A stretch of 64,000 nt of DNA, taken from the NCBI GenBank assembly GCA_041641295.1, contig JBEPYO010000001.1:448001-512000 (forward strand), read 5' to 3'. The notes beneath the pieces are model-generated. The model ran no database searches. It was not told where the DNA came from and saw nothing but the letters and a program-made list of their open reading frames with translations. This document shows, in pieces, positions 9,386 to 18,586 of this stretch. Source of the stretch: Nitrososphaerota archaeon (GTDB lineage Archaea; Thermoproteota; Nitrososphaeria_A; Caldarchaeales; Calditenuaceae). The translations under genes were made by a program, and so were the position numbers. Positions within the stretch are counted from its first letter, which is position 1; every line of letters starts with the position of its first letter.

Positions 9386-10420
9386 ATGGAGATCATAGTT
9401 AAGGTCTCTGGGCGTAGCATCGGAGTTAGGCGCGAGGTGGAAGAAGTTCTGAAGGACAGGCTACAGGGTGTTAAGGTTTGTGAATCTCTAGACGATGTCA
9501 GACTCGAGAAAGGTGACGTACTTGTAGTCGTTGGTGACGATAGAGATATTCTTCAGACTCTCCACACAGTTAGCGATAGAGAGGTGAGGGTCTTAGCAGT
9601 CAGCCGCGAGGCTACGCGAGGATTCCTATCACAGGTGATGCTTGACGAACTCCCAAGCGCCTTGGAAAGGATTGAGAAGGGGCAGTTCATGACAGAGAGT
9701 CTAACCGCGTTAAGAGTGACGATCGACGACCAAAACCTTGCCATAGCCGTAAACGAGGCAGCACTCTTCTCGCAGATAAGCGCTACACTTGTGGAGTATA
9801 GCCTTTATGTGGATGGAGAGCTCCTCTGGCGCGACTTGGCCGATGGCTTAATCGTCTCCACCCCCCTAGGCTCAAGCGGATACTCACTCTCAGCGGGAGG
9901 ACCCTTGATACACCATGCAGCCAAGGCCCTAGCTATTGTACCCGTAAACTCGATAGACATGACGCGTAGACCCCTAATCGTCAGCGACCAGTCAGCCATA
10001 TCTGTGGAGAGCGTCTCGTCGCGGGGCGGGGCGGAGGTCATAGTTGACGGGCTTCTCCGCGTCCCTGTCGAGGAGAGCCTCACGATCAAGGCCTATGAGC
10101 CGCCCATCAAATTCATCAGGCTTAACGGCCCTTCCCCCATATTCAGCAAGATTGAGAAGAAGATACATCTGGCGGAGGAGCTGTTAGACACGCCACCGTC
10201 AGCGAAACTCATACTAAAGACAATAGAGTATGAAGGGCCTCTCACCTATTCCCAGCTCCTCAAAAAGACTATGCTACCCGAGAGGACCCTCCGCCACGCA
10301 CTTAACATACTGGTCTCGAAGAGGCTTCTCGCTCGTAGACCACTCACAAGAGATGCGAGACAGAAGATATATTATATTCCCGAGAGTAATCGTATTGGAG
10401 AACCGAAAACAACGGAGTGA
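9386..10420 (+). CDS. NAD kinase-family protein with a C-terminal winged-helix domain
   Basis: NE motif (AVNEAA) and DGLIVSTPLGSSGYSLSAGGP; C-terminal PPSAKLILKTIEYEGPLT...LPERTLRHAL wHTH. Confidence 0.8.
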   Translation: MEIIVKVSGRSIGVRREVEEVLKDRLQGVKVCESLDDVRLEKGDVLVVVGDDRDILQTLHTVSDREVRVLAVSREATRGFLSQVMLDELPSALERIEKGQFMTESLTALRVTIDDQNLAIAVNEAALFSQISATLVEYSLYVDGELLWRDLADGLIVSTPLGSSGYSLSAGGPLIHHAAKALAIVPVNSIDMTRRPLIVSDQSAISVESVSSRGGAEVIVDGLLRVPVEESLTIKAYEPPIKFIRLNGPSPIFSKIEKKIHLAEELLDTPPSAKLILKTIEYEGPLTYSQLLKKTMLPERTLRHALNILVSKRLLARRPLTRDARQKIYYIPESNRIGEPKTTE

Positions 10421-10427
10421 ATAGGTA

Positions 10428-10934
10428 TTGGATGTTGGGCTGGGAGATCTTGCGGCGAGACAGGAGGGTCTAAAGGCCTTCATGAGGCTATACCCTCAGG
10501 GCGTGACGGTTGTCACCACAAGGGTAGGCGGACTTGCATACGGCATTACTGTCAGCTCCTTCACCTCAGTCTCCTTAAATCCACCCCTCGTCATGATAGC
10601 CGTTGACAGGTCGGCAAACTCCTACAAAGCCTTCAGAGAGGCAGAAATATTCGCGATACATCTCCTCTCAAGCGGGCAGGCAGAGTTAAGTGAGATTTTT
10701 GCCGGCAGGAAGAAGACCCGCGATAAGTTTGAGGGCGTGGATTATGAGGAGGGGCCCGAGAAAGTCCCAATCCTCCGCGACACTCCAGCCTACATGATCT
10801 GTAGGAGGTATAGGATTTACGAGGCTGGAGACCACGACCTGATACTCTGTGAGGTTTTAAGCGTTGCTATAAGAATGCCGGATTCAAAGCCGCTAGTATA
10901 TAGGAATAGGACCTATACCACTGTTGCCAACTGA
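10428..10934 (+). CDS. Flavin reductase-like (HpaC-type) protein
   Basis: GVTVVTT, SFTSVSLNPPL, EAGDHDL. Confidence 0.88.
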   Translation: MDVGLGDLAARQEGLKAFMRLYPQGVTVVTTRVGGLAYGITVSSFTSVSLNPPLVMIAVDRSANSYKAFREAEIFAIHLLSSGQAELSEIFAGRKKTRDKFEGVDYEEGPEKVPILRDTPAYMICRRYRIYEAGDHDLILCEVLSVAIRMPDSKPLVYRNRTYTTVAN

Positions 10935-10972
10935 GGTAAAGGCTAAATCAACGCTTAGGAAATCTTCTTGAC

Positions 10973-11033
10973 GTGATGAAACCGACCTGCGCTGAGGGCT
11001 ATCTGCCCGGTGAAGAGCATGTCTCCTCTCTGA
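10973..11033 (+). ncRNA. C/D box guide sRNA
   Basis: Box C GTGATGA 10973-10979; 12-nt guide; D' CTGA 10992-10995; GGGC/GCCC spacer hairpin; C' GTGAAGA 11010-11016; 13-nt guide; D CTGA 11030-11033; intergenic. Confidence 0.8.
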
Positions 11034-11056
11034 GAGTTTTAGGGGTGTAGTTCGGC

Positions 11057-11329
11057 TTGATCGTCCAACTCTACGGACACCTCCGCACAGAGGTGAAGGA
11101 CCGGCTCATCGAAGTCAGGCTAGGTGAGAGGAAGCCGCTTAAAGCCGCTCTAAAACTCCTACCCGAGACAGTAAGGCGCCAAGTCCTTGATGAGGGCGGG
11201 GAAATAAGACCAGGGTTCCTAATTCTCGTAAACGACGTGGATGCGCGCTCAGTCTACCGGTATGAGGTGGAGGTATCGGATGATGACAGGGTCACTATTG
11301 TGCCGATGATCCATGGCGGCTGTAATTAG
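11057..11329 (+). CDS. Ubiquitin-like beta-grasp protein (Urm1/SAMP/MoaD family) ending IHGG-CN
   Basis: LILVNDVD and VTIVPMIHGG; overlaps cgi121. Confidence 0.8.
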   Translation: MIVQLYGHLRTEVKDRLIEVRLGERKPLKAALKLLPETVRRQVLDEGGEIRPGFLILVNDVDARSVYRYEVEVSDDDRVTIVPMIHGGCN

Positions 11330-11861
11330 GTCCAGCTACGGGCCCTACAGGTTTGCTGCAGCACTGATAACCAACGTAAAGAAGAATCCACTGAAGCTCC
11401 TAGATGAAATGCGTCTCAGCGGCTCGTCGGGAATACAGTTCTGCAGGCCAGAGATAGTTGTGTCAGCCCGCCACCTAGTCGCAGCATTCGCAGCCGCTGC
11501 CACAACCACCTTAGCCGGGACAGCAAGGTCCAAGCGTATCGAGGTAGAATACCTCCTAAGACTATCATGCCAGAGACAGATCCAAGACGCCCTCAAAGTC
11601 GCAGGCATCAGAGGCGGCGAGGACAAGATAGTCGCAGCAGCAATAACTACAGGCGACACGGACCCGGAGACACTACTCTACAAAATAGTAGAGGAGCTAG
11701 GCGGAACTATCGAGCCCTTCAGACAAGTAGCGTCCCCAGCGACTCTAATGGAAATCTACAACATAAGTAAAGAGCTGCTGGAAGTAGTCCCAGCACCCGA
11801 CCCAGCAGACGCCCTAGAACTCCTAATAATCGAGAAAGTAGTCTCAAGCTATGTCGGGTGA
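11313..11861 (+). CDS. cgi121: KEOPS complex subunit Cgi121
   Basis: RSKRIEVEYLLRLSCQRQIQDALKVAGI motif. Confidence 0.8.
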   Translation: MAAVIRSSYGPYRFAAALITNVKKNPLKLLDEMRLSGSSGIQFCRPEIVVSARHLVAAFAAAATTTLAGTARSKRIEVEYLLRLSCQRQIQDALKVAGIRGGEDKIVAAAITTGDTDPETLLYKIVEELGGTIEPFRQVASPATLMEIYNISKELLEVVPAPDPADALELLIIEKVVSSYVG

Positions 11862-11921
11862 AAAGCAGTCACGCGGCGCGTGCTCATACAATTACGTGTG
11901 TGGCGAGTGTAGAACGAGGGC

Positions 11922-12368
11922 TTATTCGTATTTGTAGAGTGTTTTTACCTCGAAGTTTTCGGGCAGTACACCGGTGGACTTGTAGTACTTCACGAGCCTG
12001 TGTATCTTGGCCTCCACTAGCTGGAGCCTCTTTCTGTTGTAGCGGTCTGATCGGTGTGTTTGCAGGTGTACGTGCATTCTCCTAGCCCTTGCGATGAGGT
12101 TTGAGAGGTCTTCAGGTATTTCCGGAGCGAGGCCGTTTTCCTCTAGAATCTTAAGCATCTTCTTGCCCACTATCGGTTTGACGAGGGGGATACCGTGTTG
12201 GTCACGGAGTATAACGCCTATCTGGCTGGGTGGGATACCGCTTTTTGCATACTTCACGACCAGCGCCTCTACCTCGTCTGGGGAGACTGTGAGCCAGGGT
12301 GGAGGCACCTTACTTATGGGTCTCTTAGACCCTGAGCGGCCTCTTTTCCTCGCATGCATCCGCGCCAA
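11922..12368 (-). CDS. rps15: 30S ribosomal protein S15 (uS15, archaeal type)
   Basis: [44 protein letters not shown]. Confidence 0.97.
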   Translation of the reverse strand: MARMHARKRGRSGSKRPISKVPPPWLTVSPDEVEALVVKYAKSGIPPSQIGVILRDQHGIPLVKPIVGKKMLKILEENGLAPEIPEDLSNLIARARRMHVHLQTHRSDRYNRKRLQLVEAKIHRLVKYYKSTGVLPENFEVKTLYKYE

Positions 12369-12486
12369 GCCTAAACCACTTAAGGCTAGTTTTCCCCCGG
12401 CGTGATTTAAATCTAACCCGAGCCATGATTGGCAGTCGAGGGGCTAAATAGCCTTAAATGAGGCGTGATGAGGCTAAACATTTTAG

Positions 12487-13590
12487 ATGAGTGTAGATAG
12501 GAGGGAGATTCTAGTCTATGCTGTTTGTGTCGCCTCGTGGATTGCCAGTGGGTTCATACACTTTCCCCAGCTTGGATGGAGCATATACAGTGACATAGTC
12601 AGCTTCTGGTACAGGCCCGAGAGCGGAGATATGCTTAGGGCCGGCTCCGCGCCCTGCTTCCAATTCTTCTTCGAGTATCCCCCCGCCTCCTGCCTCTCAA
12701 TCTATGCATCAGCCCTGCTCAGCTCAGGAGACACTATAAGATATTATCAGGCATTCTTTTATCTCAGCCTACCAGCATACATCGCGATCGCATGGTCCAT
12801 TATACGTATCTCTAGAATTAGTGGCTCGGGCTGGCTTGGCCTCGTCTTCGCAGCCTCCCCCAGTCTTGTCTTATACGGAATATACAATTTTGACCATTAT
12901 GCCGCAGCTCTCGCAGGCTTGTCAACTGTACTTATGCTAAGGAAGAGATATTTTATCGGTGGGCTGGCGGCTGGTCTGGGCTTCGCATTCAAACTCTACA
13001 CAGCCCTCCTCATACCAATAGTATTCATTGAGACGAGGGGGCGTGAGAGGCTTGATTATTTGCTGGGATTCATAGCGGGTGCGGCTCCGCTATATCTCGC
13101 TCAGGCGGTCCTAAACCCTGCAGGGCTCGTCCAATTCATAGAGTATCACAGTGGATGGGGGCTGGAGAATGCCTGGTATATCTGGATATTCTGGGACCAG
13201 TTCTCACCCACAGCTAAGATGCTCGGAACACTGCTGGGCGCCTTCCTAGTCCTTCAGGCAGCGCTAATGAGGGGCCCGGTTCTTCCGCGGATGTTTCTCG
13301 CAGTCTCATCCTGGCTGATCATGTCCTATATCTTCACTCCTCAGATGGTTATCTGGCTCATCCCATTCTGGGCCGCAGTTCCGAGGTCCGTGCTTCCATA
13401 TTGGCCGAGCCTAGAGATAAGCAACGTCGCCATAATATTGACGTGGTTCGGCGACTACAACCCAGTCATGCCACCCTCGCCACCTCAGGTCATGACGCTG
13501 ATCAGGGCAGCATCCCTAGCACTAATGATGGTTGCAGTATACCGCAACGACATCAAAAAAACTAAAATTGAGACCCCGCTACGTGGCTGA
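12487..13590 (+). CDS. GT-C fold membrane glycosyltransferase (GT87/DUF2029-like)
   Basis: Multi-TM protein; YSDI, FEYPP, YNFD, FKLY, FTPQMVIWLIP. Confidence 0.65.
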   Translation: MSVDRREILVYAVCVASWIASGFIHFPQLGWSIYSDIVSFWYRPESGDMLRAGSAPCFQFFFEYPPASCLSIYASALLSSGDTIRYYQAFFYLSLPAYIAIAWSIIRISRISGSGWLGLVFAASPSLVLYGIYNFDHYAAALAGLSTVLMLRKRYFIGGLAAGLGFAFKLYTALLIPIVFIETRGRERLDYLLGFIAGAAPLYLAQAVLNPAGLVQFIEYHSGWGLENAWYIWIFWDQFSPTAKMLGTLLGAFLVLQAALMRGPVLPRMFLAVSSWLIMSYIFTPQMVIWLIPFWAAVPRSVLPYWPSLEISNVAIILTWFGDYNPVMPPSPPQVMTLIRAASLALMMVAVYRNDIKKTKIETPLRG

Positions 13591-13594
13591 TGTA

Positions 13595-14674
13595 TTATCT
13601 CTCCCGCTTCCCCTCTATAAACTCCTCAAGCATTGTCCGCGCGACGTCATCTGGGTATTGGATTGGTGGAGACTTCATGAGGTAGGCCGACGCCGATATG
13701 AGCGGCCCCCCGATCCCTCTCTCCTTGGCTATCTTAACACATCTTATCGCGTCAATTACGACGCCTGCAGAGTTGGGAGAGTCCCAGACCTCCAGCTTCA
13801 CCTCCACAGTCAGTGGAGAGTCACCGAAGTTTCTTCCCTCGAGGCGGATGTACGCCCACTTCCTGTCCCCAAGCCACGGGACATAGTCGCTGGGCCCAAC
13901 ATGTATGTCGGACTCGCTCAGCTTGTAGGGAATCAGCGACTCTACGGCTGAGGTTTTAGAAATCTTTTTCGACTGAAGCCTCTCCCGCTCAAGCATGTTT
14001 AGAAAGTCGGTGTTTCCGCCGAAGTTTAGCTGGTAGGTTCTGTCGATTTTGACTCCTCTGTCCACGAATAGCTTCGCCAAGACCCTGTGGAGGATCGTGG
14101 CACCGAGCTGGCTCTTAACATCATCACCCACTATCGGAACATTTCTCTTCTCGAATATCTTCTGCCACCTCCTCTCCCGCGCAATAAACACGGGTATAGC
14201 GTTCACAAACCCAGTACCCGCATCAAGAGCCTGCTCAACATACCACTTAGTCGCAGCCTCGCTGCCGACTGGGAGGAAGTTGACAACTACGTCGGCCTCA
14301 GTCTCCTTCAGGACAGAGGCGACATCAACCGTCTCGCCGGGTGCCTTCTTAATAACATCTTTAAGATATTTCCCAATGCTGTCAAAGGTCATTCCCCTCA
14401 TGACCTCGACGCCCAGTCTGGGGACATCGGCGAACTTTCGAGTATTGTTAGGAGGGGCGAAAATTGCTTCAGATAAGTCTTTCCCCACCTTCCTCTCATC
14501 AATATCGAAGGCCGCCACGAACTCTATGTCAGATACGTGATAACCGCCTAGCCTCACATGCATGAGGCCGGGGACAAACTCGTCGTCAGGCGCGTCTTTG
14601 TAATACTCGACGCCTTGGACGAGCGAGGAGGCGCAGTTCCCCACACCCACTATGGCGACCTTAATTTTCCCCAT
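13595..14674 (-). CDS. ino1: myo-Inositol-1-phosphate synthase
   Basis: [40 protein letters not shown]; start set at ATG 14674 (MGKIKV). Confidence 0.95.
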   Translation of the reverse strand: MGKIKVAIVGVGNCASSLVQGVEYYKDAPDDEFVPGLMHVRLGGYHVSDIEFVAAFDIDERKVGKDLSEAIFAPPNNTRKFADVPRLGVEVMRGMTFDSIGKYLKDVIKKAPGETVDVASVLKETEADVVVNFLPVGSEAATKWYVEQALDAGTGFVNAIPVFIARERRWQKIFEKRNVPIVGDDVKSQLGATILHRVLAKLFVDRGVKIDRTYQLNFGGNTDFLNMLERERLQSKKISKTSAVESLIPYKLSESDIHVGPSDYVPWLGDRKWAYIRLEGRNFGDSPLTVEVKLEVWDSPNSAGVVIDAIRCVKIAKERGIGGPLISASAYLMKSPPIQYPDDVARTMLEEFIEGKRER

Positions 14675-14767
14675 ATCACTCGTCAGACACTTCCTCTTTA
14701 ATAAGTGTTTAACGGGGTATAGAAACAAATATATACCATGCACCCCCTAATTACATGGTGCAGATTA

Positions 14768-15808
14768 GTGTCTTCTTTCGATTATTCTAGTAAGACCCTC
14801 TTGAGTATACGATTCGTTCTGATATTCTCTCTGATCATCGTGGGGCTCACAGCTGGTGTTTTTTCACAAAATGTGATCACTAGGACTAGGACTTCTACTG
14901 TGCTGGAGACCATGGGAGGTACGACAATTACAACCACCATCTTGGTTGAGGGTGGTGAAAGAACAATCACTATGGTTATCCCGGGCTATGTGCTTATTGA
15001 CGTTCGTTTAGAGTCGGGTAGGACGTGCGTAGTTGTCTTCAGAGCGTTGAGAGAGATTCCTGAGCAGACTGTGACGATCGAAGGAGGGACGTTTGAGTTT
15101 CCGGGAACGACGCTGTCAACCGTGATTAGGGAACAGACAGTTGTCTTCTCTACAGCCTACACTGACTCAGGCTGGACAACCACATATACTGGCGCCGGCC
15201 CCGGCTATGCAACTACAATCCTAGGATATGCAACCACTTTCCCTGCGCTGGGTGAACTCAGGGAGACGTGTGGAGAGAACATAATCTCGCTATTGAATAC
15301 GGTCATCTTCGAGACCGCCCCAGCCACCTTCTATCTAGCGTTTCCAGGCTACACTGTCACAATTTCAGCAGCCACCTACACTATTCCAGGAATCACAATG
15401 GAGATAGAGCCATTCACTACCACCTACACGAGTACCATTGAGGGAGTATCTGAGACGCTGACAACAACGTTCCGAGGTTCAACCACTCTTCAGACCGTCA
15501 CTCTACAACCCAGCACATACGTGAGTACAATGGTAAAAGAAGGAAGTACTGTAACTAGGCTTGTAACAGTTGTCGAGACCGTAACTCTTGAAGAGACCAC
15601 CACGCCGCCAGCAACAACCACAACACCTACAACAACAGCGACTCAGACACAGACAACGCAGACAGCCACCACGACACCACAAGTTACTACAAGGACAGAG
15701 ACTCAGCCACAGCCTGCACAGTTTGATGTAGCTATAATTGCCATTGTCCTAGTTGTGTTAGCTGTTGTCGCAGGAGCAGTGGTCTATATTTTAAAGAGAA
15801 AGCGGTAG
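14768..15808 (+). CDS. Thr-rich cell-surface protein with N-terminal signal and C-terminal membrane anchor
   Basis: Hydrophobic N-terminus, very high Thr content, TTTPPATTTTP linker, C-terminal TM helix followed by KRKR; start uncertain (14738/14768/14801). Confidence 0.7.
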   Translation: MSSFDYSSKTLLSIRFVLIFSLIIVGLTAGVFSQNVITRTRTSTVLETMGGTTITTTILVEGGERTITMVIPGYVLIDVRLESGRTCVVVFRALREIPEQTVTIEGGTFEFPGTTLSTVIREQTVVFSTAYTDSGWTTTYTGAGPGYATTILGYATTFPALGELRETCGENIISLLNTVIFETAPATFYLAFPGYTVTISAATYTIPGITMEIEPFTTTYTSTIEGVSETLTTTFRGSTTLQTVTLQPSTYVSTMVKEGSTVTRLVTVVETVTLEETTTPPATTTTPTTTATQTQTTQTATTTPQVTTRTETQPQPAQFDVAIIAIVLVVLAVVAGAVVYILKRKR

Positions 15809-15838
15809 AGTAAACCTACAAACTTTTTATTTTATAGA

Positions 15839-17077
15839 TTATCTATCCCACTCGACAGGCCAGAAGTTGTTGGACCAGTAGATGACAGGTATGTCTGCAA
15901 TCCTTTTTCCACGTCCAGTATATGGTATGACGATCAGGTTCCTGAATGATGGTGCAAGTATTCTTACCCTGTATGGTTTATCTGAGCCGTCCGACCTGAT
16001 GTAGTAGGCCATCTCGCCGTGGGCGGCTTCGGCCCTCGCGAAGGACTCTCCGGCGGGGACCCTGATGTTTATCGGGTGTTGTTTGAGCTTGAAGGGCCCG
16101 TCCGGAAGCCCTTCAATAAGCTGTCTAATAATCTTGAGGCTCTCCTTCATCTCTCTGAAGGCTACTACAGCCCTGGCGTAACCATCACCGTCAGTAAGCA
16201 CTGGAACCTCGAACTTCACCTCGCTGTATGCGTCATAGGGCTCGTCAACCCGTACATCTCTTTTCAAGCCTGAGGCTCTTATGGTGACTCCGACGGCTCC
16301 TAGTGCCGCGGCCTCCTCGGGTGTCAGCCTACCGACCCCGCGTGTCCTGCTTATGAATATTGAGTTGTCGAGTATCAGGTCCCAGTAGTAGTCCAGCCGG
16401 CTGTCTATGAAGTCGGCTACGTGTAAGGCGTATTTGCGGAAGTCGTCTGTGAGTTCAGACTCGCTCGGCCTCTTACCTGTAGCTTCTGTATACCATGTCC
16501 TGAAGTGTTGTACGAGCTTGGGTGGAACCCTCGCAAGGACGTCGTTCCTAACACCGCCGGGCACAAAGTAGGAGTGTGTGATTCTCTGGCCTCCAATGAA
16601 TTGGACTAGGTCGACGATGAATTCGCGGTCTCCGAAGCACCAGAGGAAAGGTGTGGGAAGCCCCAGGAAGACTCCATAGAGGGCGAAGTAGTAGAAGTGG
16701 CTTCCAATCCTGTTGAGCTCGGCCATCAGGGCTCGGAGGTATTTTGCGCGTGGTGGGGGCTCGACGCCCATCAGCTTCTCAACGGCTAGGCAGTACGGGT
16801 ATAGTATTCCGGCGGAGTCGAGGATGACTGGCCTCTCAAGGTGTGGGATATTGGTTATCCAGGTCTTTGACTCGCACATCTTCTCCTCACCCCTGTGGAC
16901 GAATCCAGGGTCAGGCTCCGCCTCAAGCACCGTATCACCCAAGACTCTAACGATTAGTCTGAAATGACCTGTGCCGGGGTGCTGTGGGCCGTAGGAGAAG
17001 ACAAGCCCCTCGCCAGTGTCGTATATGTATAGCTCCCTTGCCTCCCGATCCTCCGCCTGCATCCAAATCTCCTCCAC
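15839..17077 (-). CDS. nuoD: NADH-quinone oxidoreductase subunit D
   Basis: GPQHPGTGH, GFVHRGEEK, AELNRIGSH, C-terminal EWDR; no NiFe cysteine pairs. Confidence 0.9.
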   Translation of the reverse strand: MEEIWMQAEDREARELYIYDTGEGLVFSYGPQHPGTGHFRLIVRVLGDTVLEAEPDPGFVHRGEEKMCESKTWITNIPHLERPVILDSAGILYPYCLAVEKLMGVEPPPRAKYLRALMAELNRIGSHFYYFALYGVFLGLPTPFLWCFGDREFIVDLVQFIGGQRITHSYFVPGGVRNDVLARVPPKLVQHFRTWYTEATGKRPSESELTDDFRKYALHVADFIDSRLDYYWDLILDNSIFISRTRGVGRLTPEEAAALGAVGVTIRASGLKRDVRVDEPYDAYSEVKFEVPVLTDGDGYARAVVAFREMKESLKIIRQLIEGLPDGPFKLKQHPINIRVPAGESFARAEAAHGEMAYYIRSDGSDKPYRVRILAPSFRNLIVIPYTGRGKRIADIPVIYWSNNFWPVEWDR

Positions 17078-17092
17078 ACCGCCTCTATTATA

Positions 17093-17375
17093 GTGTTATT
17101 CTCCACAACAACCACTTTTCTATCTCTTACCCTGCTTCATCAAGAGAAAGGCAAGGACGAGTACTACAAGTATTAGAATGATGCCTAAACGGAATAGTAC
17201 ACCCAGAACAGCTCTAACTCCTGCAAAGACTCCCCAGAGAAAGGCTCCCCCCACACCAATGAAGGTGACGAGAATAGCGAGCAAAATGATGACTAGTCTC
17301 GGGCTCAACTCTCTCTCCTGCCCCACTCTGGGGGTGGTGATGCTCTTTGAGAGATTTATGAGTTGTGTTATTCTC
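17093..17375. repeat. 11-bp direct repeat GTGTTATTCTC flanking the small gene between nuoC and nuoD
   Basis: Identical copies at 17093-17103 and 17365-17375; the second contains the nuoC stop codon. Confidence 0.6.
17120..17326 (-). CDS. Small two-TM membrane protein of unknown function
   Basis: Two hydrophobic stretches and a basic C-terminus. GTG 17326 preferred over 17425, which would overlap nuoC. Confidence 0.55.
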   Translation of the reverse strand: MGQERELSPRLVIILLAILVTFIGVGGAFLWGVFAGVRAVLGVLFRLGIILILVVLVLAFLLMKQGKR

Positions 17376-17868
17376 TTCCAGGTGGCCTGTAATCCTTCCT
17401 GAGCGGCGGAATATCTGACCACCACTCCGGGAGCAAAAGTCGCTTAAGCTTTGGATGCCCCTCGAATACCACTCCGAGCATCTCGTAGGTCTCGCGCTCG
17501 TGGTACTCAGCACTGGGCCAGACTTTAACAAGGGACGGCGACACTGGCTTGTCGCGGGGAAGCTTGGTGGCTAGGTTCACGACGTAGGGGGCTAGATCGT
17601 TATCAAGATAGGCTCCCGCATGGTAGATTAGCTCTATCGCGTTTTCACTCTGTTTGAGTGCAATCAAGTCAACTCCAGTCACGCCCTTCACATGATCAAA
17701 GCCCATCTCCTTCAAGATCGCCGCCGCCTCAACCAGCGCCCCAGAAGCCACCTCAACCTTGATTATCTTCTTATCGACTGTAACCCCCTTAAGCTTATCG
17801 CCTAAGACCTGCTTGAGCCTCTCAAGGATTGCTGCGAGTTTGGGGTTGACACTCTGCTCCCCGCTCAT
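17368..17868 (-). CDS. nuoC: NADH-quinone oxidoreductase subunit C
   Basis: WPSAEYHERETYEMLGVVFEGHP, PPLRKDY. Confidence 0.92.
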   Translation of the reverse strand: MSGEQSVNPKLAAILERLKQVLGDKLKGVTVDKKIIKVEVASGALVEAAAILKEMGFDHVKGVTGVDLIALKQSENAIELIYHAGAYLDNDLAPYVVNLATKLPRDKPVSPSLVKVWPSAEYHERETYEMLGVVFEGHPKLKRLLLPEWWSDIPPLRKDYRPPGRE

Positions 17869-18428
17869 ACTAGATCCTCGTTCAATATCTTATCACGAAG
17901 CAGTACAAAACCTTGTATGAGTGTCTGAGGGTTTGGTGGGCATCCGGGTACGTAGACATCTACGGGGACTATGTCGTCAACTCCTTGGAGGACATTGTAG
18001 GAGTCTTTAGCATAGAGGCCGCCAGATATGGCGCAGGCACCCATCGCAATCACATACTTCGGCTCAGGCATCTGGTCATAGATTATCCTGACCCTCTGGG
18101 CCATTTTAGTAGTCACTGTCCCCTCCACGATGAGGAGGTCGGACTGCCGTAGTGAGCCGACCGCGTTCAATATTCCAAACCTCTCGGGATCGTATCTGGA
18201 GCCTACTGTCCCGGCGAACTCGACCGAGCAGCAGGCCGTGGTGAGGTGGACTGGGAAGAGGGATGAGAGACGGCCCCAGTTCACTATATATTTGATGAGG
18301 GACCGCCTCCTAAACCACTGAATAATGAAGTTCCCTCCTCCCGCGTCGTTAAGCCTGCCTACCCCATACCTTCTGACCGATTCGGGGATTCTCTGCGGGG
18401 GAACCTCCTCCTTGGCTATAGACTCCAC
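17865..18428 (-). CDS. nuoB: NADH-quinone oxidoreductase subunit B
   Basis: TACCSVE, AMGACAISGG, VPGCPP; start GTG 18428 or TTG 18509. Confidence 0.92.
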   Translation of the reverse strand: MESIAKEEVPPQRIPESVRRYGVGRLNDAGGGNFIIQWFRRRSLIKYIVNWGRLSSLFPVHLTTACCSVEFAGTVGSRYDPERFGILNAVGSLRQSDLLIVEGTVTTKMAQRVRIIYDQMPEPKYVIAMGACAISGGLYAKDSYNVLQGVDDIVPVDVYVPGCPPNPQTLIQGFVLLRDKILNEDLV

Positions 18429-18586
18429 AACAACCCGTGAAGAGCCTAGTGTGAGATTGAAGAGGCCTATCCTCCGCCTAGAGCCCGCGAACGTGCAGAA
18501 GTGGGCCAATTACGGTTCTCAGCCGTTCTAGCGGTTCACGCCTTATTTAACCCTATTTGACAACTCCAAGCATCACTGTTCTCCAC

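Noticed and set aside
12465-12530. GTGATGA resembling a second C box
   Set aside because: No CTGA D'/D boxes at suitable spacing, and it runs into the GT87 coding region
15839-18428. NuoB/NuoD as a group 4 NiFe hydrogenase
   Set aside because: The large subunit lacks both CxxC nickel-binding motifs
17101-18435. 13-bp repeat CTCCACAACAACC at 17101-17113 and 18423-18435
   Set aside because: Low complexity; one copy overlaps the probable nuoB start; no mechanism or third copy seen
18430-18540. GGCTGAGA upstream of nuoB resembling a TPP riboswitch
   Set aside because: The downstream CCTGAT...AATGC...GCGTAGGGA half is absent and the gene context does not fit
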